Assembly: GCF_902713615.1 (NCBI RefSeq)
Contig: NC_052159.1
Coordinates: forward strand, 109,545,877-109,609,876
DNA length: 64,000 nucleotides
From: Scyliorhinus canicula
Lineage: Eukaryota
Direction: 5' to 3'
Shown: positions 13,101 through 26,460 of the stretch, piece by piece
Numbering within the stretch: position 1 is the first letter of the stretch
Layout of the letters: every line of letters begins with the position of its first letter
Made by a program: the position numbers and the translations under genes
Notes under the pieces: model-generated
Database searches by the model: none
What the model was told of the DNA's origin: nothing
What the model saw: only the letters and a program-made list of their open reading frames with translations

Positions 13101-14973
13101 CGGAAGCCGCTGACCTCTACACCCTGGATGGTGAGGGTGGTGGTGCAGTACCCCGGATCGCCATGGAGTGTGATCCGGAGGCCAGGGAGATTTTCTGGTT
13201 AATGGGGTGTACCGTGAGGGAGCAGCGCCTTACCGTATCGGTGTGGATGAAGCTCTCAGTGCTCCCAGAGTCCAGAAGGCATGATGTCTCTTGCCCATCA
13301 ACCTTTATTGTCGTTGACGCGGTCGCGAGGTTGTGCAGTCGGGACTGGTCGATCGTGATGGAGGCGAGTCGTGGCTGGTGTTGGAAGGCCCCTGGCTGGA
13401 CGGCGGTGGTTGCAGGCAGTGAGTGGCCCGATGAGGTGCCCGACGAGCAGGGGTCCTGGGTCGGGGAAGATGGCGGCACCCACGGGGCGCACGTGGCGGG
13501 TGCCATTGAAGATGGTGAAGTCCACGGGCCGCACGTGCCCTGAGGCAAACAAGATGGCGGCACCCACAGGCCGCACGTGTTGTGAGACGAGCAAGATGAC
13601 GGCGCCCATGGGCCGCACGTGGTCTGAGGCGAGGAAGATGGCTGCGCCCACGGGTCGCATGTGGGAGGTGCAGGGACAATAGCGGCGATCGAGCGGACCT
13701 GTTCGCTGGCGGGGTCCATGATGCCCAGGAGGGGTGGGCCGTGCAGTCGGGGGCGTGCGCCTGTACATTGCGGGAGGCAACTATTAGTGAGATCGCGAGT
13801 TTCTTGGTCGCCGCGAGGTCGAGGGTAGCCCCTTCTAAGAGGCGCTGGGGGATGTAAGCTGACCTTTTGCCTGTAACGAAAGCGTCTCTAATTAGAAGTT
13901 CAGAATGTTCAACGGCCGAAACGGCCTGGCAATCGCAGTCCCTCGCCAGGGCATGCCAGAAATCTTCCACGGACTCACTTGATGCCGCGTGGACAGGAGG
14001 TGCCTGGCGTAGATTTTGTTGGGTCTGCTGAGTGTAGTTCTCCTTCAGTAGCGCCATGGCCTCAGCGTAGGTAGGTGCATCCCGGATGAGGGGAAAGATA
14101 TCAGAGCTCAGCCGCGTGTACAGGATCTGGAGCTTCTGTCCCTCTGAGGGTGGTTCTGTCGCACATCCGATGTAGGCTTCGAAGCAAGCTAGCCAATGTG
14201 CGAAGGCCGACTTGGCGTTATCTGCTTGAGGGGGCAGCTGCAGGCGATCAGGCTTGATGCGGAGATCCATCATTGTAAAATCTCTGCGTAATAAATTAAT
14301 GTACTATCAATTACGACGAGACAAGAGTAGAGTGTAATCGAGGCTTTATTGGGCAGAGATGTGTAGCCTCCCACTGCTGCTGCTGAAATGGCTGCAGCTC
14401 GGAGAGCCCACACATTTATACTCCGCCTACTGGACGGAGCCAACAGGCAAGGATCTACCCCGTACCTGTAGTATAGGAGCCTTACCGTAATACAACAGTA
14501 GTGACTAACACACCACGCATGCGCGGTGGCTCCGTTCTCCACGCCGGCCCTGACACAAGATGGCATAGGGCTACAGGGGCCGGCACGGAACAAAAGAGGC
14601 ACCCAGTCCGAGAGGCCAGCCTGCTGATTGGTAGGCCCCGATCGCGGCCAGGCCACAGCGGAGGCCCCCCCTGGGGTCGGAGATCCCTCCCCCACAAAAA
14701 GGCCTCCCCCAGATGCATCCATGTCAATGTTCCGTGGGGTAAGAGCAGGTGTGGACTGCGCCTGCGGGGCTCAGCTTTTGTGCGTGACCGCTCGGCCCAT
14801 CCTGGGCCGAGAATCGCCGGGGGAGCCCCATAGAGCTGCCCCCGACTAGCCCCGCCGATGCCAATGGCGCCGGTTCTCTGTGCTCCGGAGAATCAGCGGA
14901 CCGGCATCTGGGCAGCGTGGCGCGATTCGCGTCGGTCCCGCCGATTCTCCGGCCTGGTGTGAGAATCCCGCCC
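10125..14973. mobile_element. PIF/Harbinger MITE (TSD ATA) split by a Gypsy insertion
   Basis: ATA-GGGCAGGATTCTC ... GAGAATCCCGCCC-ATA. Confidence 0.8.
10344..14512 (-). mobile_element. Ty3/Gypsy LTR retrotransposon A, full-length but frameshifted (LTRs 10344-10571 and 14297-14512)
   Basis: gag MDLRIKPDRL.. (14273), PR LLDSGS, RT VDLKSAYHQ..PFGV..YLDN, RNase H ESDAS, IN CQVC..FKAPLP..HSDQG..GNGQME. Flanks CCGTG/CCACG. Confidence 0.9.
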
Positions 14974-15514
14974 ATAATTCTGGAGACAACAGTTATCCTC
15001 TTCACTATCAACTATGAGGCCGATTTTTGTGCTGTCTATAAAGGATGAGAATGCTTAAGTGCTGGCCATCATTTGTAAGAGTGTGGCCTGGGAACACATT
15101 ATACAATCCACCACCTGCTGCTCACCAGGCTCTGAGCTCGAAAAATGATGTCTGCACAGAGTGTGCAGCAAAGTCATTGCAATTCCTGTTGCTTTTTCTC
15201 TGCTGAGAGATGTGACTGGTTGTAAAAGGTCCTCAAAGGGAATTTTCCAGGCTACGTGAGTGGTAAGGAAGACTGTAGATGCAGTGTGAGGGTTAAAAGA
15301 GTGAAGCTGTACACTGTACTCTGACAATTGAAAAACAGAGGCCTCCCGAGATGTCAGGAGAATGATGGGTTGTGCTTGTCCAATTATTCCTGGCTTTCTT
15401 TATTCAATTCTAATGTTGAACTAACGTGTAGATTAAGGCTGCAAGTAAGGAGGAAATGGGCAAGTTGGCCATAACTGCAGGAGTGATCGAATGGAGGATT
15501 AAAGAGGTATATAT

Positions 15515-15840
15515 GCACAGTGGTTAGCACAGTTGCTTCACAGCTTCTAGGTTTGATTTGGGGCTTGGGTCACTGTCTGTGCGGAGTCTGCACGTTCTCC
15601 ATGTGTCTGCGTGGGTTTCCTCCGGGTGCTCAGGTTCCCTCCCACAGTCCAAAGATGTACAGGTTAAGTGGACTGGCCATGCTAAAAAATTGTCCTGAGA
15701 GTCCAAAAAAGGTTAGGTGGAGTTACTGGGTTACGGGGATAGGGTGCAGGTGTGGGCTTAAGTAGGGCTCTTTCCAAGGGCCGGTGCAGACTCGATGGGC
15801 TGAATGACATCCTTCTGCACTGTAAATGCTCTATCTATGA
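15515..15840 (+). mobile_element. HE1/V-SINE
   Basis: Head, V-domain and CR1 tail. Confidence 0.9.
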
Positions 15841-17194
15841 CCTCACATGGAGAATTGTTTGGCCTGCTTGTTTCCTTATCAATGGTAGGATTAGATCTCA
15901 CATAAACGGATTGCAACCAAAGTGCACCAGACATCATTGAAGACCAAAGGATTCTCCCATGAGGAGTTCAAGTAGAATGGGACTGCGTGCTGAATTGTGC
16001 TGACGACTGTGAGGCTATCTATGTGACGCAGGAGGAACCCTCACAGGTCTCTGCAGGAAAGATGTTTAAACTGGGCTGGAGTGTACAGAATGACCAAACG
16101 CAGTTGCACATTAATACTAAGACCATTTAGGACTGAGATGTGTAGGATACTCTGCAATCGGATTGCCTGGAGTGATTGTTCCTCCACACCACACAGTGCA
16201 GTTGATTCACTGATATAGAGTGGACTCCAAATTTATTTTGATACTTTTTGGGATGGTAAAGATGTCCAGGAATATGGCGTTACTGAGGGTGATTGACGAC
16301 TGGGGACCTGTTACAAGCATCAAGACAGGACCACGTGGAGGAGCAATCTTGAGGAGCCAAATTATCTGCTAATGGTGTTCTTCCCTGTGTACCCATGTTT
16401 CTGGTTCCATCCGAAAGGGCTCTCAGCAAGGCCTGTCCTCGCTTTGGGACCAGGTGTGAGGGTGACATGAGTAAGATTTCATGTTGTTTTTAATATGCCT
16501 TACATAGGGACTTTGACAGACTTTGCAAAAAATCTCTTTTCCACTTATAGGTGCCAGATGTCGTGGGAGAACAGAATGCGGTGCAGCTTCCTGTGCATGT
16601 ATTCGGTGCAAGGGCTCTGTATACTAGCAGACTCTGATGCCTGCACAAAATCCACCCACCAGAAGGGCAAGCTGAAAGTAGTGCAAATCAATTGAACTAT
16701 TCAGGCACATGAGAGCAAAGTGTAATGTTCCAAAAGGGAGTCAAGGCCTGCCAATCAGTAGAGGATATAAAACTGAAGAGTAAAGAACAGATATCGGCAG
16801 ATTAGTCTGCCTGCAATTTGTTTGCTATTCGATTGTCACAGGCCTATCCGAAGCCTGCCATGTACTCTTGCAAAGGCCTCTACATGTGCCTCCGTAACAT
16901 CTTGGCCTTTGTCATCACCATCCCCTTCTCCATCCTCATTGTCAGAGGAGACATCTCAGTTTTCCATGTCTCCTCAACAGTACATCCCACCTTTGTTGCA
17001 CAAGGTTGTTTAGTGTGCAGCAGACAATGATGATCCTTGACACTTTCTGTGGAGCGTATTGGAATGCCCCACATGAGTGGTCAAAACATCGAAACCTCAA
17101 CTTTAGGAGGCCTAATATCGCCTCCCTTGTGGAGGCATGTGCAACAATGTAACTCTTCTCACAGGTACTCTGCAGATGTTGAACTGGTTATCAA

Positions 17195-18080
17195 CAGGGG
17201 TAGACAGTGGCATTGCAGTAATGTTGCTGGACTAGTAATCCAGTGAACCAGACTCATGCTCTGGGGACCATGGTAGAATTTTAATTTAGTTAATAAATTG
17301 GTGGCACAATCTATCAGCCTCGCTGTGTTCGACCCGGGACGCAATGAGGCTGGTAAATCACACAAGAGGCCTCTCGCAAGATTTACTGGCCTCGTCACAC
17401 CTCGCGAGATCAAACGAGGTCATTGAGGTCGGGACCCAGATTTGCAAATTTAAATGAGCAATTAGTCTCACTTAATTATGTCCACCGAGCGCCCGAGACC
17501 TAACGGCCTCACCTCAGAGACCCCGAGCTGGCGCTATTTAGCTAAAAACATGAACCAGGCATACCAGCAGTTGTCAGGGGTCTCCCAGGCAATCGGAGGC
17601 CTCTGGGTGATTGGGATCTGGGGAAGGTGGTATCCTGGCACCTCTGATGGCACTGCCAGCCGAGCACCACCATCCAGGCACCCTGGCAGTGCCACCCGGA
17701 GCTTGTTAATGCTGGAAATAGGAAAATGCATCCTCGATGGGGCATTCCTCGCCGAGGCCCAGAATTGATGCAGAGTCCCGTTTAATTGCGGGGTCATTCT
17801 TGGCGCTCTAGCGTTCATCACAAGTTTGTTTCATTTCCATTAAATCTTGCTCCTGGGATTTATAGCTCATCTTAGTAATGGTAACCATGCATAAACATCT
17901 GGTTCACTAATTTCCTTTAAGGAAGGAAATCTGCCACCCTTACCCAGTCTGGCCTATATATGACTCCAGACCTAGGGTAATGTGGTTGATTCTTAACTGC
18001 CCTCAGTTAGCAAGTCCCTCAGTCCAAGGACTATTATGGATGGGCAACAAATGCTGGTTGTGCCAGTGCCACTGACATCT
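17195..18080 (+). mobile_element. Old SINE (same family as 5030-5367) interrupted by a Harbinger-like MITE at ~17300-17853
   Basis: Head GGACTAGTAATCCAG at ~17230; core resumes at ~17870. Confidence 0.55.
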
Positions 18081-20327
18081 TCTGGGAATGTAACTCTTAT
18101 CCCCAGCCCTGCAATCACTAAGGTCCTTCAAAAACGTGGAACACCTGGAAGTGGTTCAAAATGCAGGAATTGTGAGAGCTCCCTGGGGACTGAGCAGAAA
18201 AATGCAGGACATCTCAGCTGCATGTTCAAAGAGTAGAAAACTTTCCTGTTGATGAATGTGACCAGCTATTGCCAGGGAGCTCTCAAAGCCACATGTATGC
18301 AATTAGTGGCCCCTTGCACTTACAGAAAACCTAGCCTGATGCTCTTGCAAGGATCCAAGTTGGATTTGACAAATTCTTAACTTCTCTTGAACATGGCATC
18401 CATGATCTCCCAGAAACACTTGTCTATCACTGACTGAGAAATGAAAGACAGGCTAAGGATTGCCTCCAAGTCCGAGATTCCCATAATTCAACATGACTTG
18501 TTTCTCCAATGGATCAATCCACATTCTGTTTCATTTGCTTTCTATTGTCTGTACTTCCTACTGCTCCGGTATTCCCAGACATTTCCTACCAAGTGCTGAT
18601 TAGGCCTTATTCCATTTAGCATATTGGATTCACCAATATAATACTTATTCATTGTTACTTGGTCAGGAGAGATGGCAATGCTGGTATGATCAGATTTGTT
18701 GTCCATCCCTGGTTGACCCAAAACAGTTGTGGTGGATCATCTCCCCGAATGGGCAGATCGTCTCCTGGTGGTGTTCCAACAGTGGTGTTAGACAGGGATT
18801 TACACGATCTGACCCAATGTCATTGCCCAGTAATATTGAATATTGAGAAGGTTTTAAAATGTATTGCTCCAGTCTAACTTTTGACAATACAGTAATACAA
18901 TCAAATAAGTCTGAAGACTGGAACGTATTATGAGATGACATTTCTCAAATGAATATTCAACTCCAGATTAAACAGATGCATTTTCTGCTCATTATGTCCT
19001 TTTCAGCTGCTTCCTCTATTCCCCCCGATGCACCTTTTGACACTCTCCATTTCCAGCCTACTATTGGCTCTATGCTTTCTAGTTTTACTCCCCTGCCTGC
19101 GCGCTGTTGATCAAAAGACTATGTTGCTCATTTTCTAATTCACAGTTATTACTCCCAGTTGGCAATTTAATGACAGCAGTTCATGCCACCCACCATACAC
19201 TGATCCATATTCAACATTTTCCAAAACAGTAAATGCAGGTTATAAATGGACAGAATATATTGCATTAACACAACACATGCAAGACACAGACAAACTTAAT
19301 AATATATATGTAAAATCCAAAAGCACTAAGACAAGGTTCACAAATCTCAGTTACTGCAGATGGCATTAGTGTTTGTACTTCATGTCATGTTGTTGTTCAA
19401 TTTTCATTAAACTACAGTCATGTTATATAATCTATCTGTCAATAATGATTATCATTGTTTATTAACAGACCGATTTCACTGCACAAATTATAACTGCAAA
19501 ATGCTTTGTGGTGATTGTCCCTTTAAGGGCAACACAACAGAAAAAGATCACCTGGCTTGGGGGACCAATTGTGATTCTGAGTCGGGATTCTGAGGTGGTG
19601 GGGAGGGGGGGGGGGGGGGGTGGGGGTGGGGGGGTAAAGTCCCCTTATGCAGGAGATGTGTGGGGAGTTAGCTACAGCCTTGTGGCTACTAAACAATTTT
19701 TATTAATAAATACCTTTTGTGTTCATTAATGGAATCTCTGAAAGTGCATCTTTACATCTGGCGATGAGGATAAATTCTCATGAAGTTGCCCCTGGCCCAA
19801 CACCTTTGAGTCTCCTGTTTTAATGTAATCTAAAAGAAATACTCCCCAGAATGCCTATTTTTGGGTGAATTGACCCATTTGAGATATTGCCAGACCTGAG
19901 AAATGTAGAATCAGACAAGATGTGTGAGCAAGGAGGCGAGCATGGCAAGACCCCTGGGTTAAAATCAACAGGAAGGGTTGTTAAATGCAGAAATGTACCT
20001 CCGCATGCATTGTAGATGGGATGTGACCAAGAAAGCTCAGTGCATTAGAAAGGCTGAGGGACAGAAGCAGAACAAATCTGAGTTGGCTGGCAGTCAACAG
20101 ATTATAAAACGTAGAGTGAAAAAAAAGAGAAAAGAGTCCTACAAACTATGGCTTAATCAAATTTAAGTTCCAAAAAACAGAGTTGCTGCAGAGATTTTTT
20201 TTTAAAGAGCAAGCAGGAAGGAGTGCTTTAAGTAAGAGAAATGCTCCAAGTGAACTGCAGTGAGGTGACTCAAAGTGCAGGAAAATCAAAAAGCTGAGTA
20301 ACAGGCTCCCAATGTGCGGGATCCGAA

Positions 20328-20635
20328 TAATAATAATGATTGCTTTCACAAGTAGGCTTACATTAACACTGCAATGAAGTTACTGTGATAAAATCCCCTA
20401 GTCGCCACATTCTGGAGCCTGTTCGGGTACACAGAGTGAGAATTCAGAATGTCCAAATTACCTAACAACATGTCTTTCAGGACTTGTGGGAAGAAACTGG
20501 AGCACCCGGAGGAAACACACACAGACACAGGGACAACGTGTAGACTCCACACAGACAGTGACCCAAGCCGGAATCAGACCTGGGACACTGGAGCTGTGAA
20601 GCAACAGTGCTAACCACTGTGCTACCGTGCCTCCC
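20328..20635 (-). mobile_element. V-SINE with an alternative (non-CR1) tail
   Basis: HE1 head and V-domain joined to GAATGTGGCGACTAGGGG..CACAGTAACTTCATTG..AAGCCTACTTGTG. Confidence 0.8.
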
Positions 20636-21119
20636 AGAAATAGAGGCTACTGGAGTTACATGGCATCAATCGCTTCATTGACAAGCTTCAAGCAAAAGAA
20701 GAAAAGTTCTCAACCTTCTACAAAAAGGAAAAAGAAGACAAGTTGCCAGGTTTTAAAATCAAAGGCCCCTTCAGACTTTGAGTGCGAGTGAAAGCGGCAC
20801 ATCAAAAAAAATAAGAAATCAAACTTTCTAAACAGCCAGAAGACAAAAAACTCCAGAGACTATTGAAATTACTTTCCTTCATTAAAAGTGGAAGTTCTAA
20901 AAATTCAAAAAAAGAGCAGCCCAGTTTGCGCCAAAACTCCCAAAGTGTGGGAAAAACACAGAGAGAAAGCCAACAGCTGCTGACAATGAAGTAAAAAAAG
21001 GATGACAGTCTTAAAGCAGTAATACCCTAAAAGAGGTAATGTATTGAAAATGACAATGTACTTAAAACAATTACCACAATAAGGAACAAATGGTTATGGA
21101 CAAGAAAAAAAGAGAAGAC

Positions 21120-21600
21120 CCCAGATAGAGATCAACTTGCAAGAAGTCAATAAACAATAAAGGTCTAAAGGAAGATGAAATGTAAGGCCTCAGAGGAGAC
21201 AATAAAGACCTCATGGGAGGGGCAAGGAAATACTTCAAAGTGGGAATAGAGAGGGCAATAGAAGATCCCAGGAAGTGTGCATAGGACCCCAGAAGGAGGA
21301 CAATGAAAGACCCAGAAAAGGGGCAATGAAAGACCCCAGAAAAAGGACAATGAAAGACCTAAGAAGGGCAATGAAAGACCCCAGAAAAAGGACAATTAAA
21401 GACCTAAGAAGGGCAATGAAAGACCCCACAAGGACAGCACCCAAAACCCTTAGAAGGAAGGCAATAAAAGACCCCAAAAGAAGGGCAAAAAGTACCCCAA
21501 AAGGAGAGAAATGGAAAACCTCAGTAGGAGGGCAATGGAATAGCCCAGAAGGAGGCAATGAAAGACCCAGAAAAAGGGCAACAAAAGATACTCAATGGTG
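21120..21600. repeat. Degenerate ~21-bp minisatellite (AGAAGGGCAATGAAAGACCCC)n inside the LTR element
   Basis: Many imperfect copies; produces the repetitive ORF ..AMKDPRKRTMKDLRR.. Confidence 0.85.
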
Positions 21601-22085
21601 AAATGAAGGCCAATGTGAGAAATGCAGAATGGAAAGAAGTCAACATTTTGTCAGAGACAGACCTGACCGACATGAAGCCAAAAGTGTTTGGCTGAATGTT
21701 AAGGCAAGTGGAAAAGAAGATTCATTTGTGAAATGTATGAGTCGAGTGAAGAATTGGATCAGAACATAAGAGCTCAAAGAAGGAAACTTGACAATGGAAA
21801 CTTAACTGAAGAGGTAAAAATTTTGAAAATGACAGCAGATTCAGCAATTTAAACCCAGAAAGAAACAGATTATGTGCCAGAACAAGGTTGCTGAAATGAT
21901 CATGCAAATGGAAAGCACAAAAAACAATAAAATAGTGGATGAAAAATATGCTAAATTGAAATGCTGGAAAGGGAAGAAACTTTATCACGCAACCTAAGTG
22001 ATGAAACAGAGCACTGTGACCATTCCTTCACACATGACAGAGCAAGATTTTGAAAGAACTGTCAAGACAGAAGACTTTGTTGTTT

Positions 22086-22705
22086 TGTGATGATATGTGC
22101 CTGCATGCATTATAATGTAAGGTATTCGGCAGAGCAAGGCTCATGTGGGACTGGAGAGTGGCACTGCACATCGAGTGATGTATATAGTCACATGGTCAGA
22201 GAAATGTCCAGGACAGAATTTGGTAAGCAGCAAGCCTGCATGGAACAGCTCCTTGGAAGTCTGTATTTGGAACTCTACATAGAACCATTGAATTCCTACA
22301 GTGCAGAAGGACGCCATTTGACTCATCAAGTCTGTACCAACCCTCTGAAAGAGCACTCTTATCTAGGACCACTACCCCGCCCTATCCTCACAACCCCACC
22401 TAACCTGCACATCTTTGGGTTGGACACTGAGGGACAACTTACATAGCCAATCCCCCTAGCTGGCACTTCTTTGGACTGTGGGAGGAAACCGGAGCACCCG
22501 GAGGAAACCCACACTGACAAAGGGAGAACGTGCAGGCTCCGCACAGATAGTCACCCAAAGCTGGAACTGAACCCAGGTGCCTGGAGCTGTGAGGCAGCGG
22601 TGCTAACCACTGTGCCACCCCATAGTTAAAGCCGAGCAATAAAAGTCTGTATATTTAAACACAAAAGCCTCAGGATCTCATCAATGAGCCATCAGCACTG
22701 CAACA
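22086..22705 (+). mobile_element. Probable solo LTR interrupted by an HE1 SINE
   Basis: TGTGATGATA...AATAAA...GCAACA ends with a TATA-like TATATA inside. Confidence 0.45.
22277..22620 (-). mobile_element. HE1/V-SINE
   Basis: Head, V-domain and tail. Confidence 0.88.
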
Positions 22706-23405
22706 TAGAAAATCCCATATTAATTACATAATCTGAAACTTCAATAGTGGCTGAAGTTAGATCCCTGGAATTATTGTCTCGGAGTCTAGACCATGCCATA
22801 CCAAGTAGATATGGAAGGATGGATCGTTCATGAACATGTGGACCACTTTAGGAATGGAGTAAAGTTCTAACAGTCAGTGTTGCCATCAATAAATATTTTC
22901 AAACCCGTAAGCACCAAAGTACTTGATTGACATGTTATAGACATAACTGATGTCTCCATGAAAGCCAGCAGAAATGAATTGCCTGTGCCAGAATTGCTAC
23001 CAATAATTGCAGTTCCTGTGAATGTCAATCCTGTGGAAGTATCTCAGACCCCAGAATCATGCCACCCTACAAGGAGCAGAAAACCTCAGAAAGACTCCAT
23101 ATATAATTGTCCAACTAATGTTTAGTTAGAATTAAAGACTGGGTAAATTAGTTGTTGAAGGTTGTATAAAGGAATTAAAGGGGAGGGACATGGTTAATGT
23201 CCCTTTAAAGGAAATACAGCAGAAAAGGGTCAGCTGGCTTGCGGGACCAATTGGATCTCAGCGTGGAGAATCACATCAGGCGGTGGAGTCCCCTTAGGCA
23301 GGAGACCCATAGCAAGCTAGCTACAGCCATGTGGCTGCTAAACAATTCTTATTAATAAATTACTTTTGTGTCCATTATTGAAGTCTCTGTTGATTAAACT
23401 CTGTT

Positions 23406-23750
23406 GCATGGTAGCATGGTGGTTAGCACAATTGCTTCACAGCTCCAAGGTCCCAGGTTCGATTCCCGGCTTGGGTCACTGTTTGTGTGGAGTCTGCACG
23501 TTCTCCCCGTGTCTGCATGGGTTTCCTCCAGGTGCTCCGGTTTCCTCCCACAGTCCAAAGATGTGCAGGTTAGGTGGATTGGGCATGCTAAATTGCCCTT
23601 AGTGTCCAAAATTGCCCTTAGTGTTGGGTCGGGTTGCTGGGTTGTGGGATAAGGTGGAGGTGTGAGCTCCGGTGGGGTGCTCTTTCAGAGGGCCGGTGCA
23701 GACTCGATGGGCTGATTGGCCTCCTTCTGCACTGTAAGTTCTATGATCTA
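23406..23750 (+). mobile_element. HE1/V-SINE
   Basis: Head, V-domain and tail. Confidence 0.9.
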
Positions 23751-24338
23751 GAGTATGATTCCAGAGTGAAGGCAGCCAGAACCAATAAGTTATTTTGCCC
23801 AAAGGATGAAAGCAGGCTCTAAATGAGTGCTGTGCAAGTAGGACATATGTATGTGAAAGTCTAGACTTAGCATATAACTTTTGGACTAATTGATAATTAT
23901 TATGATTTGAACTCGCCTACAAGCATGTATAAAAACCGGGTTTAGCACTCTTCGGCCCAATTACTGTAGAGTAGTAAATGTGGGCTACTCACACCCACTT
24001 CTACTGAATATGTGGAGTGTTCAGAGGCAAAAGTAGAGGGCACACATCTTGGATGTAGCACAGGAGGCCCTTGTGGAGAAGATTCAGAGGAGAACAGATG
24101 TCCTAAGCCCAAATAGGTTAAGGACTCCACTTCACCTTCCTGACTCTTCTGTCCATCTTGCACAGCAGCTGGTGTTGTTCTGACTGGCCTTATGTCCTCT
24201 TCTCATCTAAATAAAGGGAGAATCTTAGCAAGATGTCAATACCTAAGCACTCCCTCCCTTTATCCTGGTGACTACTATATGGTGGAATAGTACGGCACTT
24301 TGTCTCTCATGTGTGTTTAATAAATTTTGCTCAAGTAA

Positions 24339-24690
24339 GTGTACCATGTACAGTATTGGTCTTATTTAAGGACGGATGAAAATGCATTGGAAACAGTTCA
24401 GAGAAGGTTTGCCAGGCTAATACTTGGAATGGGTGGGCTGTCATTTGAGGAAATATTGAACAGGCTTGGCTTGTATCCACTGGAGTTTAGAAGAGTAATA
24501 AGCGACTTGATTGAAACATATCAAATCCTGAGGGGTCACAACGAGGTAAATGGGGAAAGGATGTTTCCTCTTGTGGAAGAATCCAGAATGAGGGATCACT
24601 TATTAAAAGTATGAAGTCATCCATTTGAAATGGAGCTTAGGTGAAATCTTTTTACGCTGATGTTGTAAGTTTTGGAACTCTCTTCAGCTT
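24339..24690 (+). mobile_element. CR1 LINE ORF2 C-terminal fragment
   Basis: ALETVQRRFARLILGMGGLSFEEILNRLGLYPLEFRR. Confidence 0.85.
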
Positions 24691-26235
24691 CATAGGCAAA
24701 AATAATGGTTTCTAGTTAACATGCCTCCTTCTCTGTGTATCCTGGATGGGGGCTGCTTCATTGTGACGTTCAGCACTGCTCCAGAAGACCTCCCTCGTGA
24801 CGCGCTATTGACTTATGCTGGCTCCAGAATAGCTGCGGGTATAACCCATAGGGGAGACCTTCAGCTGACTAGAATCTGAGAGTAATGCCAAATAAATCTG
24901 CAATCAAACTTCTCCTTTGGCAACAAATGTAAATCAGTCTCTCTCTGACATGTAACTTTTCTCACAGTTATCATTTGGAGTTTCCTTCATTTACATAACA
25001 ATGCCTTGCATCATTGTACTGATTTCTCAAGAGTAAAACCAAAAATTTGTTTTAAAAATGCATGTAACAACCTTCCTGTTGCATAACTGCATCATAATTC
25101 CCCAACTCTGCCGAGTCCCTGCTATCCCATCTTCCTAACCCTATCAAGTGGCATCAAATTCTGAGCTTAATTGCTGCTGATTTTAGCAGGAACCTTCGGG
25201 CTTTGAGGTACTATATTCTTGTCTTTAGCTGTTGATTATTTCCCCTTTAAGAAGAAAGTAGAGAGAGTAAAGACATTCTGTATATCGCTGTCTGCAATTT
25301 AACCTTAGTTTCAGAAGACATTCCTTAATGAGGGTGAGAACAGGTGGTGGAAATGAAATGCCGATCATGTGAATCTTCTGACTTCCTTATGTGTTCAGCT
25401 GTGAGTAAAGGAACATTTGTAGGAGAAGGAAGTGGATCTGAAGGGTGTTATGGAACCTGCTGCAAATAGCTGGTAAGTTGCAAGTGGTGTAGAACACATT
25501 GAGAGTCAGGTGGCTGCAACAGGGAAACATGCTTCTGTTACGTACAGGGGATGTGAGATAAACTGGAACTCCCAATTCCCTTCCCTTCTGTCTGTAATCA
25601 GTATGGTTTATTTTTGAAAAGGTATGTGTTCCCAAACCCAGTTAGTGTGTAAGTCACCAGCAGCAGACTTTTGTGAGTTTAAAAAAATAGGATTATTTAT
25701 TCACAAACTCACCCCGAAAAATCTAAACATGACATCAGTCATACACTCATTGAAGAAACAGACAATGAAAGAAGGTAATGCATTTTACAGTGATCAAACA
25801 ACAGAATAGTTAATAGTTCACATGTCTTTGCGAGTCTGGTCAGGAAGGGAGTTTTTCATTCTCTGGAATTGTAGTTCAAGTAAGTACAGATGGCTGGGGT
25901 CAGATTCAAATTGACTGCAGGTTTCTTTCAAACTGAAGATTGTTCAGCAATTCTTGTAGACATACTGTTGTTATGTATAGTGTAAGGTCTAATGTATTTG
26001 CAGGTCAACTTGGAACTTTTGGAATCAGGCCAGGGAGGTTTTTGGAAACATATTTTAAGCCTCAGGGTTCTTGAAAGGTGAAGATTCCCAAACTTTCTCT
26101 TCAGTTGTGGTCTTGTTGGCATTTGGGGACAAATGAGTTTTGTCTCAGAGGCTTAGTTTTGATCACATGTTTACTGGTCATTAATATACAATGGAAGGTA
26201 GACTGTGATCTTTTATACTTAATTTGTGGATAACT

Positions 26236-26460
26236 GGGCAGCACAGTGGCGCAGTGGTTAGTATTGCTGTATCACGGTGGTGAGGTCCCAGGTTCGATCC
26301 CGGCTCTGGGTCACTGTCCATGTGGAGTTTGCACATTCTCATGTGTATGCATGGGTTTCACCCCCACAACCTAAAGATGTGCAGGGTAGGTGGATTGGCC
26401 AAACTAAATTGCTCCTTAACTGGAAAAAATGAATTGGGTACTCTAAATTTATTTTTAAAA
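26236..26460 (+). mobile_element. Short HE1-related SINE
   Basis: GGGCAGCACAGTGGCGCAGTGG...GAATTGGGTACTCTAAATTTA. Confidence 0.88.

Larger units (their letters stand above)
19507..23408 (+). mobile_element. Old non-autonomous Gypsy LTR element (LTRs 19507-19756 and ~23189-23408)
   Basis: LTRs share GTCCCTTTAA..GGGACCAATT..GCTACAGCC..TATTAATAAAT. PBS TGGCGATGAGGA (tRNA-Ser-like) at 19759, PPT AAAGGGGAGGGA, gag start MPIFG*IDPF, and IN C-terminal relic VDMEG..HEHVDH at ~22805. Confidence 0.75.

Noticed and set aside
26236-26310. tRNA genes at SINE heads
   Set aside because: A/B-box tRNA-derived heads run into SINE bodies and do not form a complete cloverleaf.
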